A stretch of DNA of 64,000 nt from contig OZ240230.1 of NCBI GenBank assembly GCA_965197855.1, positions 64,153 through 128,152 on the forward strand. Direction: 5' to 3'. The translations under genes and the position numbers were made by a program. The stretch is from Bdellovibrionales bacterium (GTDB lineage: Bacteria; Bdellovibrionota; Bdellovibrionia; Bdellovibrionales; UBA1609). The notes under the pieces were generated by a model. It worked only from the letters and a program-made list of their open reading frames with translations, made no database searches and had not been told where the DNA came from. Below are positions 29,101 through 36,108 of this stretch, in pieces; positions within the stretch are counted from its first letter, which is position 1, and every line of letters begins with the position of its first letter.

Positions 29101-29227
29101 CGCGGCTAGAGATCCTATGAGGTTTGAAGATGGGATTATCAAAGGGGATCTGCCTTCTTCAAGACAAAATGATAAATATGAAACAGATATTAGAATTTTC
29201 AAACAAACCCCTATTATCACACCCTAG
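26117..29227 (+). CDS. Extremely cysteine-rich secreted protein (1036 aa), unknown family; operon gene 2
   Basis: Signal peptide-like N-terminus IFIIFLFLFEFSVFSVPG. My manual count gives about 78 Cys (7-8 percent), many in CxC, CC or CxCxC clusters (KCLCDG, DMCVCNNG, FTCECCGG, GSCRCKCP, SCECK, SCDCL, NCRCV, SCECD, LCTCEC, WCQCQG). It is P/G/T/S/N-rich. The SD-like ggagaaagga lies ahead of the ATG, 18 nt after the gene 1 stop. Confidence 0.75.
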   Translation: MKEILWMKKIRNIFIIFLFLFEFSVFSVPGINSTAICRAIFNRVGMSCNQISYTFDPHLKCLCDGNEVNNNPTSSCPSGSTYVKRPIPITSSYSISCDFKSYHRGKDTHESAYPSSTDRSEPLRSCKANLNVEKSLLSNSIYCGQHTGTNVPLTLQTVCPYNDLQQCKDELINMIEGRVTFKPGEVVSRNSSCCKKQWNHCTFATNYYRNNGSLVDNICTKKLYDRTTNLPVHDLFIPNNKLDRIVLASENGPFADMQCISDNIKYEDMCVCNNGNYEFELGQDFTCECCGGVDRDPNTGNCLPPPPGSPCCNIPVGTSNFIGTEINPPITAPGSCRCKCPNAGMEQTSFLVSNTATACPTTPPAECIINDKCPDEPNWNTSDPTNSPIHPFVTSKPGQINNADRCKNIGGLFVNTGVGFCEMDAICEPDVDDIACSSGTEETIHGKCQEVGVMQKVCLYGSHITPGDGNSNDDCPDGWIEEKVYGQHTVCMSIESAIIRGTIAMVITPPASSEITAPPCQGRLIRFPYVKLDTANPYPPCSPGKEKITLDPLYSSLVVASREVCSDPISSNGIPNIIPGSYICNIGAPSSLNDSCECKTSKPGQVCPATHDRTSDSMGLGSCDCLDSTWTNNSGTCSKTPSGSAGLTLYTNYWQSTGSKITPASLNPIYAHMPEPPGPATYAEAIADNWGCFSVPPSDVMGLPGLPWIGNPQPAYTCWKDTKSCPDGGTYNVGPPEVCEMPCTQQNDPINCRCVKDITSCECDTGGGWFAHGSKCRKQANNPSPRLCTCECYSPSQDLNMNFSPGDLLTKRMYEAISNDILANPTNPTICTEDTSGGDCDPVDSCCHQGVCHASCPVITPDNVCCKNCLDGSPIPAPPGGCCPNGTAIADLKNCSSGVHIGGNPMGIDIAFGSNNSASIYSVYSTGSMDRPDYICWMNDPNGSSTRVQKRDLLCPPQEDCGGGARDVSTQQWCQCQGLNASDELFNVDNTYCEYAARDPMRFEDGIIKGDLPSSRQNDKYETDIRIFKQTPIITP

Positions 29228-29236
29228 GAGAGCATT

Positions 29237-32200
29237 TTGAATTATTTTAAAAGATCAAATCGTGGTTTCTCCTTAATAGGCTCTCTTCTTGGGTTTTCTC
29301 TTTTAGGATTATCCACAGTAGGGCTTGCCACATATATGGGAAGTTTTGAACAGGTAAAAGTTACTTATTCTCGTCAATCCAATGTTAACTTTATGCATTC
29401 CGAGCTTTTGGGAAGTATGGGAAAAATTATAACGATGACTAAAACAGAGGTCACAAGTCCTAATGCTACAAATTCTCATTTAAAAAAAGAGTTTGGTTTG
29501 TGTGCAGTGGTAAAACAAGATAATCAATACGACTCTGTTAAAGATAAAGCCATTTGTGCCATTACACTGACAGGCTCTGCTATTGTTTCTCCTTCTGGAG
29601 CAAATGCCTATAATGAAGATGATCGTTGGAGTTACTTTATTCAAGAAGGTAAAAACTGGCAGGTCTCTTCAGGGAATTGTACAAATGGCAGTAATGGTTT
29701 TGTAGGGGACTTTAGTGAAGATGAATTTAATAAATGTGTGAAGTATATTGGGAAAACTCAGACAGATGATATTTTTGCTCGCCTTAGTATGGAGCCACAA
29801 AGGCTTCCCTCTTTTAACAAAATTGACAATTCAGATAGTATTCCTGTGGATGAATTGGTTTTTAAATTACATTCTGTTATTTCTGTTCCTCGTGAGTTAG
29901 AAGTTGGCAATATAGTTTTTTCATTAAGTAAAAGTGAAAAATATCTATGGAGTACAGAGGTCTTGGACTGTCATATTTGTGATAGTGGTCAATGTAAGCT
30001 AGCTCGATTTTCTACAGCCTCTCAAGGTACAGCCGCAAGACATAGTCGAATCTGTTATCACTCTCCTTATAAAATGAAAGAGAAAAAAGATGCTTTGGAA
30101 ATTATTGTGGAAAAAATTCCTCCAGAATTTGAAGAAAGTGGAAATCGAATTGTTGCAAGTACGACTCAACAGGATTACTCTTCTTCATGCCGCTCCAATT
30201 TATTTCGATGTGGAAATGCTGTAGATGTAAAAGATTTTGATCCGGCTCTTAAGTTTCGCTTTTTATTAAATTATGACCAGCCGGAAGATTCTTATATTAA
30301 TAAAATGGGTTTAAAAATTACTGATGGCTCGGATGACAAAGAGTATGGAACTTTATTTGTATCTGCAGATCAACAAGCTCGTGTAGGTCGAACTCAAGGT
30401 GGTGTTGACAGTGAGTTTGTTGATAAGGATTCAACAACAGCTAATAAACACTTTTGGCCTTTAAGAGCAGGTACAAATGAGATTACATCTTTTATGGCGG
30501 ACCAGGATTCTTCTGATTCAATTTGTACAGATATTTGTTCCGGCTCCAGCCCTTCTTACTATCCGGAATTAACTGTTGAGTATGGAGGCTCTCAGTGTGA
30601 TAGCGGTAACTGTACGGAATCGCTGCTATCTGCTTCATCTCTTAAAATTGCATGCTTTCAATGTAATATGAAAAGTTGTCATCGCTATGGTATAAAAACT
30701 CATACGGGTGTAGATTCTAGTAATAACTATGTCGCTAGAAGTAGTGAACCTCTAGATGGAATTGTTCCTGAATGTCTTATTGAAGATAATGTGAGTGTAA
30801 GTGCGGATACAACTTTAATTACAAGTGGTGTGACTGATGCTGTAAATAATAAATGTTTACAAACAACTAGCGGAAATAATTTAAAGGCTGTTACTTGTAC
30901 CAATACCTCTGGAGGTGGAGACCCTGTATTTATACAAGGTACGACTAAATCAGCTTGTTTTTTAGAAGGGCAGACTAAAATTTTGGAGGGAGGCTATACT
31001 GGCGGTTTGGATGCTCGAAATAACTGTCTACAGGTCTTATATGAAGAACAGCTTATTGGACAAGGTACAGATGGAGTTTGGAGAGAGGGTATTTTGCCTA
31101 ATATAGCTATAGCTTATAATATTCTTCCAGAAGGGGATGGGACAGATCGAGGTGTCAAAGAAGTTTTGGAAGATCAGGAGTTTGGAGGACTCGATCCAAG
31201 CTCAGGTGGAACATATACTTTTAATAATTATGCCAGATTTTCTACATTTTTTGGAGATCATACAGATGTTACTGAGCCAGATGTATTTGTGACTTTTCAA
31301 AGGGATGCTTCCGGAATGTTTCATTCAGGCTGGCATCGTTTCTTAGGGGTTGCAAATAGTGGTACAACTGCAGAAAGAGAGCGCTGGGCTTTTTTCTATA
31401 GAGAGCCTTTTAACAGTATTAATTTTCATGATGTAGGTGGTTTAACAGTATTAAATAATAATGATGGTAGTAAAAATACCGGTGAATTACCTAAAGGTAC
31501 CACCAGAAAAGAATTTTTAGGAAGAGCTCGGCCCTCTCGTCCTGTTTATATTAAAATGGGCAATGATTTTCATGCGGATTATCCAGGTTTAAAGCAATTA
31601 AACGATAATCCTCCGAATCATTATCTGGCTTTAATTCATCACTTGACTTTTAAAGGGATTCGTCCTGTTAAAACTCCTGCAAAAAATAATTATCCTTATC
31701 TATGTAGAAATATAAAAGCCACAACTTATAAAGAGGCTTTTGTGATCACTGTGGCTGAAGGAAGAGATATAAATAATGGGTATCAGAATTGCCGTAATTT
31801 AAACCCTCCTCCTCCTCCTCCTCCTCTAGAGCCTAGTGAAGACTGGTATTTTATTCCTCCGGATTCCAGAGAACTTTGGGTGGCGGCCTTGCAGGCGGTG
31901 GCTCCAAATGCCCTTCGCTATCCTTTTCCTAATCCTTTTAATTTTGCAGATGGTATTCCTTTTTGGAGAGAGCGAAAAAGCGGCGATATGGGTTATGATG
32001 CTAAAAAACGTCAATGGGAGCTTAGCTACAGTTATGCAGATATGTCTTCTGATGATTATTTGTTGTCTGAAAAAAATGATCATCAGTTTTTATTTAAAAA
32101 CAGTGTGGGCAGTCCATCACCTAAACCTTCTGGAACTTTAGCCAGACCTGCCACAGCTTGGATTGGAGGGCTTGCTCCAATTGCGCTAACAGGAGGTAAT

Positions 32201-33823
32201 GCCGGGGTCAGCTGGAGCTGGAAGCCGGATTGGCTGAAGATATTAGGAAATTCTTTTACTCTTGGGTATGATCCTTTGGAGGATACTGCACTTTCACTGC
32301 TTTTTAATGATAGCTTAACTGCTGCTCTAATAGATACTCTTATTGTTGAACTTGAAGATGACACTAACTTTGATAATATCGGTGTTCTTAACTCTAATGG
32401 TCGTGTGATGAGTTTTAAGTCTTTAAGACAGCCTAATAATTTAGGTGAGTTTCAAGATAAGGTTACTAAATTATGTAGATACGATGAAAATGTACAGCAA
32501 TTGGATTTTCATAGAGCTTTAATTATAACAGGAAAGGGTACTAATTGGCCTTCTGGAAATGACTGTAGTGGTTTATCTTCTTCCAATTCAGAAAGCTTTT
32601 TAGCAGATGATCTAGACAGTATTTATTTTGAAATACCTTCCACTCCGGGTAACAGCAACTTGAAAAATCTAGCAGGAGATGATTTTGTAGAAGTTCGACA
32701 GGGGATTCGTACTTTAATTCCACTTTTGGCCTATAAGAAGCAAGGAGCTATGCATGTCCATAATACAGATAAGTTTTGTCGGGCTTGGAAGAGGGAGAAA
32801 AAAAGAAGAGCTGTTGGAAATTGTATTATTGAAAATTATAATGCCGGTACTCTTTCTAAAGGGGGTGTGAATCATGGTTTGCCAGTGACTCAAACTGTCA
32901 GGACTCAGGCTGTATGCCATCCATTAAGTAAAAATTGTGATATTGCTCCTAGTTCTTTCCAAACTCAGCTTACTACCAAACAAGCTGAGCTTTCAACTGC
33001 TCAGTCGCAGTTGGCTACAGCAAACAATAATTTAGCCTCAGCAACCACTACTTGTAATCAAATTTGTCCTGCTTGTGTTACTGTTCCTGACACTGCATTC
33101 ACTTCGTGCCAGCAAGCTTGTTGGAGCTGTCTCAGTGGATGCAGTGGTGATCCCGATCAAGCTGTTTGTGAGAGTGTTTGTAGAGGCGCGATGGTCAACT
33201 GCAGAACTTCGTGTGGCTGTCCAACACCACCCTGTGGTACTACAACAGATTGTTCAGTACGAGATGCTTGTGTAGCTTCTAGAAATGCCGCTTGCAATAG
33301 TAGACCTGGAATACAAGTTCAAATAACATCTCTTACAGATATAATAGATGAATTAGAAAACAATGTAATTCCTTGTATGCAGGCAAATATAGGAAGTATC
33401 ACAAAGGCAAGCTGTATGGCTAATCTCGATAATGTTAATTCACATGCCACAGTTTACTCTCCAGCTTTTGCTTCTTGTCCACAGGCTTCGGCTTTGTCGA
33501 TTGATTTTAAGATATCACATTTAGGTAGTGCGAGCGATAGTAGATGCTGGCGTTTAGATGATTTAAAGCCGAAGTATGAATTTAGCTTTAATGATGGAAC
33601 CTCCAATTTAACTGGTAGAGTTGGTGTATTGGGAGATAGCCAGGCGCTTACAGACTGGGATCACGATCGTAACTGTGGTACAGCATCTACTTCTCTATAT
33701 CCATTACCTGCCGCTTGTGACAACTACTATACTGACTTGATTAATTTACATAATAATCTTTGTAATGATGGGATAGATTATGGTAATCAAACTTGTGAAC
33801 ATAATTATACTGGACCTTTATAA
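29237..33823 (+). CDS. Giant (1528 aa) protein with a prepilin-like N-terminal helix, a long unknown body, a coiled-coil segment and a Cys-rich C-terminus; operon gene 3
   Basis: The TTG start at 29237 is preceded by AGGAG (29226-29230) at 6-nt spacing. That AGGAG overlaps the gene 2 stop (29225-29227). The N-terminus KRSNRG-FSLIGSLLGFSLLGLSTVGLATYM resembles the type IV pilin/pseudopilin class III signal (G|F-x-L-I-x), with Gly instead of Glu at +5. There is a Pro7 run, a C-terminal coiled coil (TQLTTKQAELSTAQSQLATANNNLASA), then a dense Cys region (CNQICPACV...CQQACWSCLSGCSG...CESVCRGAMVNCRTSCGCPTPPCG). Confidence 0.75.
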   Translation: MNYFKRSNRGFSLIGSLLGFSLLGLSTVGLATYMGSFEQVKVTYSRQSNVNFMHSELLGSMGKIITMTKTEVTSPNATNSHLKKEFGLCAVVKQDNQYDSVKDKAICAITLTGSAIVSPSGANAYNEDDRWSYFIQEGKNWQVSSGNCTNGSNGFVGDFSEDEFNKCVKYIGKTQTDDIFARLSMEPQRLPSFNKIDNSDSIPVDELVFKLHSVISVPRELEVGNIVFSLSKSEKYLWSTEVLDCHICDSGQCKLARFSTASQGTAARHSRICYHSPYKMKEKKDALEIIVEKIPPEFEESGNRIVASTTQQDYSSSCRSNLFRCGNAVDVKDFDPALKFRFLLNYDQPEDSYINKMGLKITDGSDDKEYGTLFVSADQQARVGRTQGGVDSEFVDKDSTTANKHFWPLRAGTNEITSFMADQDSSDSICTDICSGSSPSYYPELTVEYGGSQCDSGNCTESLLSASSLKIACFQCNMKSCHRYGIKTHTGVDSSNNYVARSSEPLDGIVPECLIEDNVSVSADTTLITSGVTDAVNNKCLQTTSGNNLKAVTCTNTSGGGDPVFIQGTTKSACFLEGQTKILEGGYTGGLDARNNCLQVLYEEQLIGQGTDGVWREGILPNIAIAYNILPEGDGTDRGVKEVLEDQEFGGLDPSSGGTYTFNNYARFSTFFGDHTDVTEPDVFVTFQRDASGMFHSGWHRFLGVANSGTTAERERWAFFYREPFNSINFHDVGGLTVLNNNDGSKNTGELPKGTTRKEFLGRARPSRPVYIKMGNDFHADYPGLKQLNDNPPNHYLALIHHLTFKGIRPVKTPAKNNYPYLCRNIKATTYKEAFVITVAEGRDINNGYQNCRNLNPPPPPPPLEPSEDWYFIPPDSRELWVAALQAVAPNALRYPFPNPFNFADGIPFWRERKSGDMGYDAKKRQWELSYSYADMSSDDYLLSEKNDHQFLFKNSVGSPSPKPSGTLARPATAWIGGLAPIALTGGNAGVSWSWKPDWLKILGNSFTLGYDPLEDTALSLLFNDSLTAALIDTLIVELEDDTNFDNIGVLNSNGRVMSFKSLRQPNNLGEFQDKVTKLCRYDENVQQLDFHRALIITGKGTNWPSGNDCSGLSSSNSESFLADDLDSIYFEIPSTPGNSNLKNLAGDDFVEVRQGIRTLIPLLAYKKQGAMHVHNTDKFCRAWKREKKRRAVGNCIIENYNAGTLSKGGVNHGLPVTQTVRTQAVCHPLSKNCDIAPSSFQTQLTTKQAELSTAQSQLATANNNLASATTTCNQICPACVTVPDTAFTSCQQACWSCLSGCSGDPDQAVCESVCRGAMVNCRTSCGCPTPPCGTTTDCSVRDACVASRNAACNSRPGIQVQITSLTDIIDELENNVIPCMQANIGSITKASCMANLDNVNSHATVYSPAFASCPQASALSIDFKISHLGSASDSRCWRLDDLKPKYEFSFNDGTSNLTGRVGVLGDSQALTDWDHDRNCGTASTSLYPLPAACDNYYTDLINLHNNLCNDGIDYGNQTCEHNYTGPL
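31805..31825 (+). repeat. (CCT)7 trinucleotide repeat encoding Pro7 inside operon gene 3
   Basis: Read directly as cct x7 at 31805-31825, in frame with the 29237 start (peptide NPPPPPPPLEP). Confidence 0.9.
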
Positions 33824-33842
33824 GTAATGGTATCCCTATAAA

Positions 33843-33980
33843 ATGTCATCTCTGTAAAAACACAGAACGCCAGAAACTTTGGAATTCTTTATAAGCCTTC
33901 GCTCAGAAGTTTCGGTTGGCATCTGCACCACTTCGTCATCCTTACAATACATGTCATCCCTGCGAGAGCAGGGATCCAGT
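33843..33980 (-). repeat. Family A repeat, long composite (A5), between the Cys-rich operon and PBP1A
   Basis: gtcatctctgtaaaaacacaga ... gccttcgctcagaagtttcggttggcatctgcacc ... gtcatcc ... gtcatccctgcgagagcagggatccagt. Confidence 0.8.
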
Positions 33981-33990
33981 AATCAAAAAA

Positions 33991-35913
33991 TCACTTTTCA
34001 AAAATAAGTTCTATTTTTTCTTTTGGATCATCCTCTAAAGAGAAAAACTGATTGTCCTCTTGGTCTTGAACAGGTATTTCTTTTATCAATAGAGCTTCTT
34101 GTTGAGGAATGGATTTTACTTCTATATCAGAAGGCCATTTAAAATCTGAGTCTTTAATATCAAGACTTTTCATAAAGTTCAGCCAAAGACTTAAGGCTCC
34201 CGCAGAGCCGCTGAGGCCATGAGAGCTGTTATCATCGTAGCCAATCCATGTTGTAGCTAAGTATTCAGGGGTAAAACCTACAAACCAGGAGTCTCTTTCT
34301 TCATTAGAGGTTCCTGTTTTGCCGGCACTAATCAGAGGCCAGAAATCTTTAATCCACTTGGCTGTTCCAGTCTGCAGTACCTGTTTCATCATGCCTATAA
34401 TGACTGCTGTTTTTTGAAGGGAGAGTCTTTGTTCTTCTTTATTATTATTTTGATAAATAATTTGATCTTCAGACATAATTTTTTCAATAAAAGAAAGCTC
34501 TGTATAAGAGCCCATACGAGCTAGTGTGGAATACATTTGGCTGACCTCAAGGGGGGAGAGTTCTAAAGCTCCAAGGCCAATAGAAGGATGAGCTTGAATT
34601 GGAGATTTTAAGCCTAATTTTTTAAAAGTTTTGATAATATTACTAAGCCCTGTTTTTAAGGCTAATTGAGCGCTTGCTGTATTTAGCGAATGAGTGAGTG
34701 AAAAATATAAAGGCACTTTGCCGTAATATCTGTTTTTATAATTTTTAGGAGACCAATTATCTTCAGTGAAAGGTTCATCTATTAAAGTGCTAAGTGGAGT
34801 TATATTTTGATAGATAAGAGCTGAGAGATAAGTCCAGGGTTTTACTAAAGAACCAATAGGGCGTTTGGCAGTCAGTGCTCGGTTGAATTGGCTTTGACGA
34901 AAGTTTTGACCTCCCACAAGGGCTTTAACTTGATTTGTTTTTAAATCAATAAAAATAAGCGCTCCTTCAAGGTTTTCTTTATTTAAAGTTTTTAGAGTTC
35001 TTTTTATAGTTTGGTGGGCCTTATTTTGAATATTTAAATTAATGGTGGTGTAAACTTTAAGATCTTGATTGAGATCAATGTTTAAATTTTTTAGTTCTTT
35101 ATCCACAGCCTGTACAAAGTAAGAGGCTTGAGTGGGGGGAGTGTCGGGAGAGGGAAGGGCCTTTGCTTTTGAAGTTTCTAATTCTTCTTCTGAGATAACA
35201 GCTTGTTCGTTCATTTTATTTAAAATCATATTTCTTCTGGATAAAGCTTTTTGAGTTTGAGAAAAGGGATTAAATCTGCCAGGGGAGGGAACAATACCAG
35301 CCAGCAGGGCGCACTCATGCGCTTTAAGTTTTTTTAAGCTTTTGTTAAAATAATATCTGGAAGCTGAAGCAAAGCCATAGAGACTATAAGTTCCGGTATT
35401 TCCCATATAGATAGTATTAAGATAAAGTTCTAAAATTTCGTCTTTTGTGAGTTTGCTTTCTAAAATAAGGGAGATTAAGAGTTCCTTCCATTTTCGCTTA
35501 AAAGTTTTCTCATGACTGAGAAATTTATTTTTTACTAATTGTTGTGTAATAGTGCTTCCGCCCTCTTTGATACGAAGGTTTTGAATATTTTTAAAAAAAG
35601 CCCGAAAAATAGCTGTAGCACTAGCCCCTTTATGAATGAGGAAATTATGATCTTCAGAAAGCGTAATGGCTTGAAGACAAAGATAAGGCACTTCAGATAT
35701 TTTAAATCTTTTTCTAAGGTGGGATGAAGAGCCTTCTCTTTGAGCAAATAAAACAGGTTCAGAATTTGTATGGGCATAGTATTCCAAAGAGGGCGGAAAC
35801 CAGCCTTCATTAAGAGCTTGATTTACTTGTTTATTGAGGCTTCGTATAAAGAAAAAAAAGCTTATTCCAAAGAGAGTGATAAGAAGGGTTAATAAATAAA
35901 CAGTTTTTTTCAT
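33991..35913 (-). CDS. mrcA: Class A penicillin-binding protein (PBP1A-type: GT51 transglycosylase plus transpeptidase)
   Basis: 640 aa with an N-terminal anchor. GT51 motifs are EDHNFLIHKGAS, GGSTITQQLVKN and RKWKE. Transpeptidase motifs are SxxK (GSLVKPW), SxN (THSLNT) and KTG (GKTGTS). Confidence 0.9.
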   Translation of the reverse strand: MKKTVYLLTLLITLFGISFFFFIRSLNKQVNQALNEGWFPPSLEYYAHTNSEPVLFAQREGSSSHLRKRFKISEVPYLCLQAITLSEDHNFLIHKGASATAIFRAFFKNIQNLRIKEGGSTITQQLVKNKFLSHEKTFKRKWKELLISLILESKLTKDEILELYLNTIYMGNTGTYSLYGFASASRYYFNKSLKKLKAHECALLAGIVPSPGRFNPFSQTQKALSRRNMILNKMNEQAVISEEELETSKAKALPSPDTPPTQASYFVQAVDKELKNLNIDLNQDLKVYTTINLNIQNKAHQTIKRTLKTLNKENLEGALIFIDLKTNQVKALVGGQNFRQSQFNRALTAKRPIGSLVKPWTYLSALIYQNITPLSTLIDEPFTEDNWSPKNYKNRYYGKVPLYFSLTHSLNTASAQLALKTGLSNIIKTFKKLGLKSPIQAHPSIGLGALELSPLEVSQMYSTLARMGSYTELSFIEKIMSEDQIIYQNNNKEEQRLSLQKTAVIIGMMKQVLQTGTAKWIKDFWPLISAGKTGTSNEERDSWFVGFTPEYLATTWIGYDDNSSHGLSGSAGALSLWLNFMKSLDIKDSDFKWPSDIEVKSIPQQEALLIKEIPVQDQEDNQFFSLEDDPKEKIELIFEK

Positions 35914-35962
35914 TATTTTTGTAGTTTATTTGTAATAGGCGTTTCTGTCACTTATTCAACAC

Positions 35963-36046
35963 ATGTTATTCCTGCACCACTTGGCTCATCGGTTTTCGGT
36001 TGGCACCTCAATCCTTTGCTCCCGCGAAAGCGGGGATCCAGTCATA
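35963..36046 (-). repeat. Family A repeat, long form (A6), between PBP1A and the LRR gene
   Basis: attcctgcaccacttggctcatcggttttcggttggcacctcaatcctttgctcccgcgaaagcggggatccagtc. Confidence 0.85.
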
Positions 36047-36108
36047 TCCGTTTTCTGAATCCCTGCATGAGAAAACTGTGAAATTTTTACACACTTTTAG
36101 CTTTCCTA

